This document shows positions 38,081-48,172 of a stretch of DNA of 60,797 nucleotides, one piece after another. The first letter of the stretch is position 1, and each line of letters starts with the position of its first letter. Source of the stretch: a virus (lineage: Duplodnaviria; Caudoviricetes). The notes beneath the pieces are model-generated. The model saw nothing but the letters and a program-made list of their open reading frames with translations, was not told the DNA's origin and made no database searches. The DNA lies in IMG/VR virus record IMGVR_UViG_3300037357_000143, positions 1 to 60,797 of that record; one strand, written 5' to 3'. A program made the position numbers and the translations under genes.

Positions 38081-39549
38081 AAGAACTAATCCAGCAGATA
38101 AAAAATTGTAAATTATGTGCGATTGAATCCAACACCAAAAATAAAACCATTGGAAAAGGTTCATTTGACCCGAAATATCTCTTCATAGGTCTTAACCCAG
38201 GAAAAGAGGAAAACGAGGTTGGCGTTCCATTCATTGGACCTAGCGGTAAGCTTCTCGACAAATGGATAGAATTTTTAGGTTTAACTAAAGATGAATATTC
38301 AGTTGTTAATATAATTAAATGTTTCACTCCAGACGAATCCGGATTAAATGGTGACGAAGCCGACAATTGTCTCCCTTTTCTATTAAAACAAATCGAGTTA
38401 TTGAACCCTCAATACATTTTTACTTTAGGAGCGATACCAACTAAAAAACTATTGAATATGGAAGGCATAACATCATTAGCTGGTAAGCATTTCAGAAAAG
38501 ATGGTATAATTTATTTCCCTTTTCCACACCCATCCTTTTTTTTGAGACAAGGAGGTTTCGGTTGGCAAGAGCCTTTGGGAATAATAAAACAATTTATTCA
38601 CGATGAGGAATTCCAACAACAATCCCCACTCAAAAAACTTGAATTAATTGATCCTGGTTTAATTAACCCTAAACTTTCTACTCATTCTAAACAATCTTAT
38701 ATTCCTCTTCATGTCCATACTACCTATTCTATCGGAGATTCTCCTTTAAAAATACCTGATTTAGCAAGGGATGCTAAAGATATGGGCTTTGATACGCTCG
38801 CATGTACAGATCACGGCACAGTTACAGGGTGGTTTGAGTTTCAACAAGAATGTGAGAAGGAAGATATTAAACCCATTTTGGGAGTAGAATTTTATATCGC
38901 AGATAATTATGAGGAAAAAACAAAAAATCGTTATCACCTCGTAGCTCTTGCGAAAAATAATGAGGGTATGCACAATATTCTTAAGCTTGTAGATATCTCG
39001 AACCGTGTTGGATATTATTTTAAACCTCGGATAACCTTAGAGGATTTGTATAAATATAAAGAAGGTCTCGTTGTTTTAACTGCATGTGTCGAAGGGGTAA
39101 TCGCTAAGAGGTTATTGCACGATCAGAAAGAAAAAGCGGAAGAAGTGTTAGCAAAACTGAAAGAAGAGTTCGGAGAAGACGTGTATCTTGAACTCCAACC
39201 TCACGATTTTCCGATGCAAGCTGAACTGTCTCCTATGCTTGTGGAATTATCAGAGAAATATTCTGTCCCGCTGGTTATAACAACCGACGTTCATTTCATC
39301 AAAAAGGCAGACTATCGTATTAAGCAAGCTCTTAACGCTATCGCTTGGGGAAAAACCCTAGAAGATTCAAAAACATATGGAGCTCCAACTAATTATCTCA
39401 TGGAAACAAATGAAATGCTACAATACCCATATGTAACTGAAGAAGTGATTAAAGAAGCGATGGCAAACACCGTTAAAATAGGGGAGAAGTGTAATTCGCG
39501 ACTGGAAAAGTATGTGGATGCACTTCCTCTCTTTGAGATGAAAGAATGA
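38077..39549 (+). CDS. family-4-like uracil-DNA glycosylase fused to the PHP domain of DNA polymerase III alpha (split DnaE, N-terminal part)
   Basis: CKLC, GLNPG, PFIGPSG, IKC, HPSF (UDG); HVHTTYS, TDHG, GVEFY, H, C, TTDVHF (PHP); ends at the LPLF linker. Confidence 0.9.
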   Translation: MKELIQQIKNCKLCAIESNTKNKTIGKGSFDPKYLFIGLNPGKEENEVGVPFIGPSGKLLDKWIEFLGLTKDEYSVVNIIKCFTPDESGLNGDEADNCLPFLLKQIELLNPQYIFTLGAIPTKKLLNMEGITSLAGKHFRKDGIIYFPFPHPSFFLRQGGFGWQEPLGIIKQFIHDEEFQQQSPLKKLELIDPGLINPKLSTHSKQSYIPLHVHTTYSIGDSPLKIPDLARDAKDMGFDTLACTDHGTVTGWFEFQQECEKEDIKPILGVEFYIADNYEEKTKNRYHLVALAKNNEGMHNILKLVDISNRVGYYFKPRITLEDLYKYKEGLVVLTACVEGVIAKRLLHDQKEKAEEVLAKLKEEFGEDVYLELQPHDFPMQAELSPMLVELSEKYSVPLVITTDVHFIKKADYRIKQALNAIAWGKTLEDSKTYGAPTNYLMETNEMLQYPYVTEEVIKEAMANTVKIGEKCNSRLEKYVDALPLFEMKE

Positions 39550-39813
39550 AAGCCGAAGTTGAAGGTACTATTACAAAATGGCATTGGGGAGAATGGATAC
39601 GAGATTCAAATGATCCATTAAATAAATGGATAAGAATTAAAATAGTTGATAAACTTAATATAACAGGGGTTTCTTATGTCCCATAAAACTTGTGATTGTG
39701 GTGGAGAAATTTATAAGCTCAAACCTTCAGTCCAAGAAGTTTTAGGTATGAATCCAATTGAATATAAATGTAGTAAGTGTGGAAAAGTATTTATTAATTG
39801 GGTGAAAAAATAA

Positions 39814-40437
39814 ATGTTTGATAAACAATTATCACGAGAACCTTGGGATAAAATAACAGACCTAATACTTAAGGCAGCGAATGATGGGCATAAGAGGAAA
39901 AAGGATACCCATGCTTGGATTGGTGTGCAGGGTAAAAAGTATGAGTATAGTATAATAGTGTCGTTTGGTTCTTGTGTGGAATGGAGGAACGAAACGACAT
40001 ATGATCATGAGGCCATCCACTTATTGCATAGTATTGGTAGAAATGGGTTGCATAAGGCTCCTGATGATTTGATAAATGCAATAATAGAGGATTTACCTAA
40101 TATATTAGATAAAATAAGAAGAGAGGGAGTTAATTCAAGAAGTCAACTTCAAGAACAAAACAAACAGGAAAGGGAAAGAATAATAGCAACATGTAAGAAA
40201 AAAAATAAGCAATACGAAGCAATTAATCAATATGGGTTGGAGGGGGAAAGTATAGGAAGAGGATTGAATTTGGATGAAAGAAGGATAATAGAGCGATTTT
40301 TACTCTTCCCTAAAACCATAAATGGAGAAACCAGATGGTTGAGGCGTGTTAAAATGAGTCAGAAAGTGGGGAATAAAGAAGATATAACAGGTCATTTTCA
40401 GCCCTATTGGTATGATGAGATGTGGATTGATGATTAA
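39814..40437 (+). CDS. hypothetical protein
   Basis: 207 aa; C-terminal RFLLFPKTINGETRWL motif. Confidence 0.7.
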   Translation: MFDKQLSREPWDKITDLILKAANDGHKRKKDTHAWIGVQGKKYEYSIIVSFGSCVEWRNETTYDHEAIHLLHSIGRNGLHKAPDDLINAIIEDLPNILDKIRREGVNSRSQLQEQNKQERERIIATCKKKNKQYEAINQYGLEGESIGRGLNLDERRIIERFLLFPKTINGETRWLRRVKMSQKVGNKEDITGHFQPYWYDEMWIDD

Positions 40438-40700
40438 TGGTCGGAAGCGACGACGAAGGGTTGAACCCATATCGCGGTAAAACTCCCTCTAAGAAAAACA
40501 ATGGGGAAGTAACGACTTTAAACGCTTATAAATTGGGTTGTAAGTTTTGTCCATACCTAGGATATAGATATAATTGGTTTATATGTACACATCCGGATTC
40601 AGTTAGAGATTACCCTATACGTTGGCTCAGCCACAGAGAGGAACCAAGAAAAGTTCCAAAGGCGTGCCCATTGAGAGAGGAAGAAAATGAAAAGAATTAA
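40437..40700 (+). CDS. Cys-containing hypothetical protein
   Basis: CKFCP...C...CPL. Confidence 0.6.
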   Translation: MVGSDDEGLNPYRGKTPSKKNNGEVTTLNAYKLGCKFCPYLGYRYNWFICTHPDSVRDYPIRWLSHREEPRKVPKACPLREEENEKN

Positions 40701-41355
40701 ACTGACTCAAAATCAATTCACAAAAGTTGATGATGAAGACTATGAATGGCTTATCAAATGGAATTGGCAAGCAACACAGGATAAAACTGTTAAACATAAA
40801 AAGCAATATTATGTTAGAAGACGAGAGTTTCAAAAGGTAGATCCTATACGTCCTACAATAAGAATGCATCGCGTGATTATGGAAGAGTTTTTGAGACGAA
40901 AACTAGAATCATGGGAACAAATTGATCATATTGATGGTGATGGCTTACACAATGAAAAAGAAAATTTAAGAGTTGTTAATAATAGAGAAAATTGTCAAAA
41001 TCGACATTGTTTTAAAACTTCAAAATATCCTGGAGTTTGTTGGAATAAAAGAGAACAAAAATGGCAAGCTCAAATTCGAATAAATGGGATAAATAAATAT
41101 TTAGGTTCTTTTTATAATGAAATAGAAGGTAAAAAAGCCTATGAATGGGCAAACAATGAATTAAAAAAAGATAATCCTATCCCAAATTTAAGAATAAAAA
41201 CAAGTAAATATAAAGGAGTTTTTTGGGATAAGGAAGTAAAAAAATGGAGAGTTGAAATTACTAGAAATGGGAAGCGAAAATATTTAGGACGTTTTAGTGA
41301 CGAGCAAAAAGCAGCAGAGGCTTATTTATATGAAAAGGAAAAATTATCTAGTTAA
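40687..41355 (+). CDS. HNH endonuclease with two AP2 domains
   Basis: RMHR, IDHIDGDGLHNEKENL; two TSKYxGVxW...YLGxF repeats. Confidence 0.9.
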   Translation: MKRIKLTQNQFTKVDDEDYEWLIKWNWQATQDKTVKHKKQYYVRRREFQKVDPIRPTIRMHRVIMEEFLRRKLESWEQIDHIDGDGLHNEKENLRVVNNRENCQNRHCFKTSKYPGVCWNKREQKWQAQIRINGINKYLGSFYNEIEGKKAYEWANNELKKDNPIPNLRIKTSKYKGVFWDKEVKKWRVEITRNGKRKYLGRFSDEQKAAEAYLYEKEKLSS

Positions 41356-43804
41356 TTTATGTCAACTTCGGGCAGTTAAGAAAGGGATAGATTTAGAAGA
41401 TAAAGATTATAAAAAAAGATTTAATTATGAACTTTCAGTTATAGAACAAAAAGGATATATTGATTATTTTTTAATCGTATCTAACATAATAGATGATGCT
41501 AGAGAGAAAAGAATTGAAATGGGATATGGACGTGGAAGCATTGGCGGCTCATTAATTGCCTTTCTTTTAGGGATTACTGAAATAAATCCTCTTAAATATA
41601 ATTTGCTTTTTGAACGTTTTTTAAATATTTCCAGAAATGAGCCACCAGACGCGGATATAGATTATCAAAAGTTTCGACGTGAAGAGGTAATTGAATATAC
41701 TCGAGAAAAATATGGAGAAGCAAATGTTTGCAATATTGTTAACTTTTCTAGATTTAAAGCAAAGAATACAACAAAAGATGTTTCTCGTATATTTGGAATT
41801 TCTTTTAAAGAAGTGAACAAAGTTACTGCCTTAATCGATAAAAATATGAGTTTAGATGATGCAATCAATAAAATTCCAGAAGTTAAAAATTTCTATGAAA
41901 AATATCCTGAATTAAAAGAAATTGCTTATTCTCTTGAAGGAGCTATTAGAGGTCTATCTAAGCATGCTGCCGGCATATTAATCACTAGAAGAAAAATTTC
42001 TGATTATATATCAACGGTTAAAGTAAAAGGAACAATTTGTTCTTGTTTTGATAAAGATGGGATAGAAGATTTAGGTTTACTTAAATTTGATTTTCTCGGA
42101 CTAAGAAGTTTAGATGTAATCGCTAAGACGAAAGAATTGATTGGTAAAGATATTAAGTTACCAACGGAGTTTGACGATCCTGAAGTTTATAAAATTTTTC
42201 AAAATGATGCTGCTTTTACTTTTCAATTTGATACTTTATTACTGACGAATATGGCTAGAGAGATGCAAATTTCTGATTTTAAAACCTTGTGTGCGGCCAC
42301 AGCATGTGTTAGACCAGGAATTCAAAATTCAGGATCGGCTAAAAGATATATTGATAGATTATTAGGTAGGAAACCAGTTAAATATTTACATGAATCTTTA
42401 AAACCATATTTAGAAGATACTCTTGGAGAAATATTATTTCAAGAGACGATAATGGCAATAGCTAATGAACTGGGTGGTATAGAATTATCACGTTCATATC
42501 AAATGATTAAAGCAATATCTAAGTCAAAGGGTATCGATGTTATTAATAAATATAGAAATGAGTTTGTAGAAGGATGTTTTGAAAATAAGATCCCAAAGGA
42601 TATTTCTAATAAGATATTTGACATTATTCAGGAATCAGGAGCTTATTCATTCAATAAATCGCACGCTGTGGGTTATTCGGCTCTTTCTTACATCACTGCA
42701 TGGCTTAAAACATATTATCCCAAACAATTCCTTATTGCTACTATTCATTATCCAAAAGACGGTAAAAAAGAAGAAAAAAGAGAAACACTTATTCAAGCTA
42801 TTCGAGAATTACGGAAAATTGGATATGAAGTTCAAGTCCCCGATATTAACTTGTCTATTGATTCAATCAGTATCGCAGAGAATGGAGGCATCTATATGGG
42901 ACTATCTGATGTCGCGGGTGTCGGCAAAGAAGCAGTCAAAGAAATTTTATTGTACCAACCCTACGGGTCTTTCGATGAATTCGTGGGAAAAGTACAAAAG
43001 AGAAAAGTGAAAAAGAACATCCTTCTCAACCTCATTCAAGCAGGTGCCTTCGATAAGTTCGAAAGACGTGATGAATTGTATTCGAGAATTACAGAAGAGC
43101 CATACCGAGTATGGGAAGATGTGGAAATGTTAACGCGTCAGATGACTGTTCTTGATCTTCCTTCTGCCAAACCAATTATTGATTATTATGAGAACAAATA
43201 TGAGGGTTATGTTAACATAACCCTGATTGAAGATATTGATCCAAATGTAAACGAAAAAGAAATTTGGGTGCGGGGAATTATATCTGATTATAAAACTCGA
43301 AGTATCGCGTCCAAACTTAGTGAATCTCTAGGAATCGAAAAGAAAATTGCTCTTTTTACTGTTGATGATGGGACCAAACGGTTAGAGTGTTCCGTCCCTC
43401 CTGAAATTTATACTTTTAGTAAAGAACTTTTAAATGATGGAGAACCTGTTGTATTAAAAGGGCATACTTATAATTCTAGATTGTATGTCGACGGTATCTT
43501 GAATTTGACTCAGAACAACGATGAAATCTTAGAGAAATATATTTATACTCATGGCCGAGAAAAGGAGATAGAAGATTTAGAATCGCAGCCTGGTCATAAT
43601 AATGTCAGCGTCATTGTATCATTAAATTATAGGCTCTCTAAAAACGGAAATCAGTACGTACAGATCCATGATCAAAATGGAGAAAGATTGATGTGGTTTG
43701 GCAGAGGGCAGGCCTTTAAAAATCTTAAACCAGGCAAGATAATAGTTTGGAATAAGAGTGACGATAGTAAACCATTTATTAATATGGAGAAGGTGATAAG
43801 TTGA
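41330..43804 (+). CDS. dnaE: DNA polymerase III alpha catalytic core (split DnaE, C-terminal part)
   Basis: GRGSIGGSL, FERFLN, PDADID, SKHAAG, KFDFLGL, FNKSHAVGY, OB domain; ATG 41330 preferred over GTG 41297. Confidence 0.92.
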   Translation: MKRKNYLVNLCQLRAVKKGIDLEDKDYKKRFNYELSVIEQKGYIDYFLIVSNIIDDAREKRIEMGYGRGSIGGSLIAFLLGITEINPLKYNLLFERFLNISRNEPPDADIDYQKFRREEVIEYTREKYGEANVCNIVNFSRFKAKNTTKDVSRIFGISFKEVNKVTALIDKNMSLDDAINKIPEVKNFYEKYPELKEIAYSLEGAIRGLSKHAAGILITRRKISDYISTVKVKGTICSCFDKDGIEDLGLLKFDFLGLRSLDVIAKTKELIGKDIKLPTEFDDPEVYKIFQNDAAFTFQFDTLLLTNMAREMQISDFKTLCAATACVRPGIQNSGSAKRYIDRLLGRKPVKYLHESLKPYLEDTLGEILFQETIMAIANELGGIELSRSYQMIKAISKSKGIDVINKYRNEFVEGCFENKIPKDISNKIFDIIQESGAYSFNKSHAVGYSALSYITAWLKTYYPKQFLIATIHYPKDGKKEEKRETLIQAIRELRKIGYEVQVPDINLSIDSISIAENGGIYMGLSDVAGVGKEAVKEILLYQPYGSFDEFVGKVQKRKVKKNILLNLIQAGAFDKFERRDELYSRITEEPYRVWEDVEMLTRQMTVLDLPSAKPIIDYYENKYEGYVNITLIEDIDPNVNEKEIWVRGIISDYKTRSIASKLSESLGIEKKIALFTVDDGTKRLECSVPPEIYTFSKELLNDGEPVVLKGHTYNSRLYVDGILNLTQNNDEILEKYIYTHGREKEIEDLESQPGHNNVSVIVSLNYRLSKNGNQYVQIHDQNGERLMWFGRGQAFKNLKPGKIIVWNKSDDSKPFINMEKVIS

Positions 43805-43954
43805 AAATAGAATGTTATTTTAAAGAAAATGGGGAAAAGATTCCAGTGTTCAGGCTTATGCTTGGTCCATATGGTCGTATAATAGCAGTGGAAGATTCTG
43901 AAGGTGAATTATATAATAAAGAAGATTTTGAAATAACAATAACTTGGTGATAGA

Positions 43955-44326
43955 ATGAAGTTAATATTGACAGGTGATGGATTAAAATTACCGAAAGTAG
44001 AACAAGATAAAGATGGTGCCTTAACCAAGATAATATTTGACGCGCCTTTTGTTTTAACTCAAACACCCGATAGGACAGATAGGGAAGACATTATAATTCC
44101 TGTTCGGATGCAAGAAAAGATAAAATGTGAAGGTCCTTGTGGACAGATGAGAGAAAGAAATGAATTCCAACTTTCTAAGACAAAACGGACAGGTTTACAA
44201 GGCTACTGTATCATATGTAGAAAATATACTGAAAGAGAACGTAGAAGGAAAAGAGATATGGGAGAAGATCAATATGTTCCAAAACCTTTTTACGAGTGGG
44301 TAGAAGAGGAAGGGATTGAGTTATGA
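43955..44326 (+). CDS. zinc-finger hypothetical protein
   Basis: CxxxC...GLQGYCxxC. Confidence 0.6.
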   Translation: MKLILTGDGLKLPKVEQDKDGALTKIIFDAPFVLTQTPDRTDREDIIIPVRMQEKIKCEGPCGQMRERNEFQLSKTKRTGLQGYCIICRKYTERERRRKRDMGEDQYVPKPFYEWVEEEGIEL

Positions 44327-44574
44327 GTTTTGCAAAAGAAATTAAGAGCTATCAAGAAGAATTTGGAGCAAGAGTTTTTGAATGGATAAAAGAAAATATA
44401 GACAAATTATATTCGGAAAAAATGATTAAAGCTCAAGTAATTCTTTTGACTCCTTGGGATTATAAATTTTTGAATGAGTATTCACCTCCTATAATAATTG
44501 ATGGTGAAATTAAAACAATTTTTGGTGTTAGAATTTATAAAATAGATTATTTAGATGAATCGAGGGTGTATTAA
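44323..44574 (+). CDS. hypothetical protein
   Basis: coupled operon ORF. Confidence 0.6.
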   Translation: MSFAKEIKSYQEEFGARVFEWIKENIDKLYSEKMIKAQVILLTPWDYKFLNEYSPPIIIDGEIKTIFGVRIYKIDYLDESRVY

Positions 44575-45329
44575 TGGGAAAACAAATTCGTTTGAGTAAA
44601 TCGGCAATCACAAAATTCAATGCTTGCCCTTATGATTTTTTTGTAGATTACATCCTTGGGGAAAGACATAATAGACCTGACCCTCCTAAAGGGAGTCCTA
44701 TGGCTATTGGTACAGAGGTGCACCAGATATTCGAGGACTATTATTCGCTACCGGCGGCGAAGGATGTCGAAGAACCTTATAACGAAACAATATTAGACCT
44801 TTTAATGACGCTTCCAAATGGTAAAGATCATCCTGTCCACATGATGAATTTTGCTGGATGGAATGCTAAAATCATTGAAGAAAAAGGAATCGAAAATTAT
44901 TTTCCAATCGAAACAGAAGCCAGTTATTATGACGAAGAGTTAAATGTCATTGGAATCATAGATAGGGTGGATGAGTGTTCGGATGGATTAAGAGTTATTG
45001 ATTATAAAACTGGAAAAGATAAAGTGATTCTTAGTAAAAAAAGAGATGGGACTCTTGTTGATAACCATTACTTTGAATTAGCTTTTTATGCTCTTCTTTA
45101 TGAGAGGCAAACTGGAAAAGTGGTCAATGATGCTGGTATTTATTTTTCTAAGACAAATAAGCTTAGAGTAATGCCGATCACTGATATTGATCGTGAGTAC
45201 GGATATGAAAAAATTAGAGAGTGCCGGGAGGCGATAACGCGGGATGAATATTTTACAAATCCAAATTATCTTTGTAAATGGTGTGAAAATGGGAACATTT
45301 GTGAAGAAAATACAGAGGCATGGTTTTGA
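44574..45329 (+). CDS. PD-(D/E)XK RecB-family exonuclease
   Basis: LSKS...CP, GTEVH, GIIDRVD, VIDYKTG, C-terminal CxxC...C. Confidence 0.85.
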   Translation: MGKQIRLSKSAITKFNACPYDFFVDYILGERHNRPDPPKGSPMAIGTEVHQIFEDYYSLPAAKDVEEPYNETILDLLMTLPNGKDHPVHMMNFAGWNAKIIEEKGIENYFPIETEASYYDEELNVIGIIDRVDECSDGLRVIDYKTGKDKVILSKKRDGTLVDNHYFELAFYALLYERQTGKVVNDAGIYFSKTNKLRVMPITDIDREYGYEKIRECREAITRDEYFTNPNYLCKWCENGNICEENTEAWF

Positions 45330-46321
45330 TGATTTTCGAGAATACCAAAATTTTTCAAATAGCTAATCCTGTAAGGATCACTTTTCCATTAAATGAAGAT
45401 GGAATTGAACGTGCTCAAAGATTAGTAAGGACTCTCAACGGTCGCGTTAATGTTTATAGAAGTATTTATAATTTTTGGGAAAGACCTTCCTACGATAAAG
45501 CTTTTATAGATAAAATATTTTTTGATTTCGATAAAGATGGCAACGGCACCGAATTGAAAGATACCAGAAAACTTCACTCCTATTTAATTGATAATCAAAT
45601 AACTCATGCCATTTATTTTTCAGGGCGCGGCTTTCATTTATTTGTAAAAACCAAATCTCTCGCTTCCTGGGAAATCCAGAATCCTGTAATGGCTATAAAA
45701 AATGCGTGGAATAGAATTAGTCAAGAAGCAAAAGTAAATCCTGACCCCGCTACTAAGGATATTTTAAGGATCGCACGTCTCCCCAATTCTTTAAATATGA
45801 AGAGTGGATTATTTTGTATTCCTTTGAGCTATAATGATATAGAATCATTGGAACGCGAGGAAATAGAGAAGTTGGCGGAGAGACAGAGATTCAAGAACTA
45901 TCACACAAAAGAGAAAGAGGTTCTTGATCTTACTGAGTTTGATTGTAACTCAGATGTATTTCAACCCCGAGAAATATGTAGAAATAAAGATTTAGATGAG
46001 AAACGTTTGCAAGAGCGTTTACCTGAGTGTGCTAAGGCTTGTTTGGAAGCTGAATATGCAGGATTTGAAGGGAGATTTATAACTATTTTAGCTCTTAAGG
46101 AATTAAATTATTCTGTTGGAAATACAAAAAAAATACTTGAAAAATACCTTTCTAATAATTTTAAGAAGGGACGTGATGAGAGCGAATATGACCACTGTAT
46201 CAATGAAAATCAAGTAGAATATCTTTATCAACGGGATTTTTTCTGGCCCAGTTGCGAAAAAATAAGAGCGGATGGTCTGTGCTGCGAAAATTGTGATGGA
46301 CCAACTATTTATTTAGAATAA
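45320..46321 (+). CDS. archaeo-eukaryotic primase, PriS fused to a PriL-like C-terminal domain
   Basis: FFDFD, FSGRGFH, RIARLPNSLN; C-terminal LPEC...PSCEKIR..GLC...C. Confidence 0.8.
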   Translation: MVLMIFENTKIFQIANPVRITFPLNEDGIERAQRLVRTLNGRVNVYRSIYNFWERPSYDKAFIDKIFFDFDKDGNGTELKDTRKLHSYLIDNQITHAIYFSGRGFHLFVKTKSLASWEIQNPVMAIKNAWNRISQEAKVNPDPATKDILRIARLPNSLNMKSGLFCIPLSYNDIESLEREEIEKLAERQRFKNYHTKEKEVLDLTEFDCNSDVFQPREICRNKDLDEKRLQERLPECAKACLEAEYAGFEGRFITILALKELNYSVGNTKKILEKYLSNNFKKGRDESEYDHCINENQVEYLYQRDFFWPSCEKIRADGLCCENCDGPTIYLE

Positions 46322-46355
46322 GGAGGATGTAATTATTGATAGTGAACCTAAAATT

Positions 46356-46637
46356 ATGAAGAAAAATAAAAAAAACATTACGGAATATTGTATTTTTTAC
46401 TTAACTAACATTAGTAAAGAGGCTACTTCAAAAGAAATATGTTCTCACCTCTTTGAAAAGAAATTAATTAATAGAAGTTTTTCAATTAATCCTTCAACTT
46501 TGAGTCACTATATGAAGGATAATTTATTTAAAAGAACAAAAACAAATAAAGGGGTATACAAATATCGATTAAATCACAAAAAATTGTTTAGTTTCTTTAA
46601 AAAAGATTTGGAAGGTTCTAATGGCAATAATTTGTAG
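46356..46637 (+). CDS. putative winged-helix protein
   Basis: basic; TSKEI helix and YKYRL wing. Confidence 0.5.
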   Translation: MKKNKKNITEYCIFYLTNISKEATSKEICSHLFEKKLINRSFSINPSTLSHYMKDNLFKRTKTNKGVYKYRLNHKKLFSFFKKDLEGSNGNNL

Positions 46638-46714
46638 CGGTGTATTAAGTTATATATTAACTAAGAATATTTCTTCTGCTATGAAGTCTGAAGATTTTGG
46701 TTATAAAAAGATAA

Positions 46715-47533
46715 ATGGCCGAGGGTATTGGTATGACTCATAATAATTTTAATCGTTCCTGGTTCAAAGAATTAAATACCCCTGAAAAAGTTTATTTTGC
46801 CTTTTTTATTTTAGGTGATGGGCATTTGACGAAAGAAGGATATAGAATTCAAATAAATCTTGATGATGAAGATGAATATATTTTAAAAAGATTAATCGAT
46901 GAAATCGATGGGAATTATTCTTTTTTAAGACATAATCAAACTCATTCAAACATTGTTCATCTTGATTTGAATTCAAAAGAAATGGTTAAAGATTTGGAAA
47001 ATTATGGAATGATTAAAGGCTGTAAAAAATATACTGCAAAGTGGTTAAAAATCGATAAACAATTTGAATTTCATGCTATCCGTGGAATTTTAGATAGTGA
47101 TGGCAATATTCAAGAAAGGAGAAAAAGGAAAAGACCAAGTTTTTTATTTAGAGTAATTGGAACAGAGAATATTTGTATTAATGTTAGTAAAATTTTAGGT
47201 TATAATGGAAATTATGTTTATAAAAAAGAACCTAATTCTAAGGGGGGTTTTACTTATATTTTTGTTAAAAGCTATTCCCATTATAAAGATATGAAAGAAC
47301 TTTATGATAAATTATATCCAAACAAAATGATCCCTTGTTTAGTTCGTAAACAAAAACGAATTGAAGATATTATGAATAAAGCAAAGTATTTCGAAGAAAA
47401 AGAAGATAATAAATTGAAAAATATAATTGATAATTTAATAGGAAAAGGATTAAATTATCAAGAAATTGGTAAACTATTAGATTTAGGAACAACAACAATT
47501 TGCAAGAAACATTTAAGTCAGAGGATAAAATAA
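46715..47533 (+). CDS. free-standing LAGLIDADG homing endonuclease
   Basis: YFAFFILGDG and AIRGILDSDG; C-terminal HTH. Confidence 0.85.
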   Translation: MAEGIGMTHNNFNRSWFKELNTPEKVYFAFFILGDGHLTKEGYRIQINLDDEDEYILKRLIDEIDGNYSFLRHNQTHSNIVHLDLNSKEMVKDLENYGMIKGCKKYTAKWLKIDKQFEFHAIRGILDSDGNIQERRKRKRPSFLFRVIGTENICINVSKILGYNGNYVYKKEPNSKGGFTYIFVKSYSHYKDMKELYDKLYPNKMIPCLVRKQKRIEDIMNKAKYFEEKEDNKLKNIIDNLIGKGLNYQEIGKLLDLGTTTICKKHLSQRIK

Positions 47534-48159
47534 TGTCTATTATAGTAGATGACAGAGAACCTAAGAGCGTTCAAAATGCTCTTCGTAAATATTTTCCTGA
47601 TTTGATAGTCAGACGGCTTGATTATGGAGATGTTATAGATACTGACAAAAATGCGTGTGTGGAAAGAAAAAAGGACCTCGATCTATCTTCAAGTATTGAT
47701 GATGGTCGATTGTTAAATCAAGCAGAAGGAATGAAAGAAAACTTTGAACACGCAATTATAATAAAAGTAGGAAATTATGAGAATGTTCGAAGAAATCGCT
47801 ATCATAAAAGAATGACAATTCATCGCTTTATTGGAGGAGAGACAGATTCTCTATGTTATTATGGGATCCCCATTGTCCAATGCGAGAATGAATCTCAATT
47901 TTCAAGATATGTAGATAGTTTTTTTCGAAAAATAGGGGGAAAGAGACCACAAAAAGCAATAAAAAGAAAAAATAAGAAAAAAAATGATGATAAAATTTCT
48001 TGTCTTCTGGGAATTCATATGCTTGGAGAGAAACGTGCACGTGCACTTTTAAAACAATTTACGTTCGGAGAATTATGTAAAGCAACAGAAAAAGATTTAA
48101 TGACTGTTGTAGGGATAGGGCGGAAGCATGCGAATAGAATAAAACAGGTTTTTAATTAA
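47533..48159 (+). CDS. XPF/ERCC4 (Hef-type) structure-specific nuclease
   Basis: IIVDDRE, GD, VERK..DL..SI.DGRL..Q; HhH GIG. Confidence 0.88.
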   Translation: MSIIVDDREPKSVQNALRKYFPDLIVRRLDYGDVIDTDKNACVERKKDLDLSSSIDDGRLLNQAEGMKENFEHAIIIKVGNYENVRRNRYHKRMTIHRFIGGETDSLCYYGIPIVQCENESQFSRYVDSFFRKIGGKRPQKAIKRKNKKKNDDKISCLLGIHMLGEKRARALLKQFTFGELCKATEKDLMTVVGIGRKHANRIKQVFN

Positions 48160-48172
48160 GGAGAGATAAAAA

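Noticed and set aside
39550-41329. Group I intron or split intein joining the dnaE halves
   Set aside because: The gap is filled with coupled ORFs; I saw no intron core and no intein terminal motifs. RT-PCR would be needed to exclude splicing fully.
44574-45329. Cas4-like nuclease as part of a CRISPR-Cas system
   Set aside because: No cas1/cas2 or array; it sits in the replication module like a typical viral RecB-family exonuclease.
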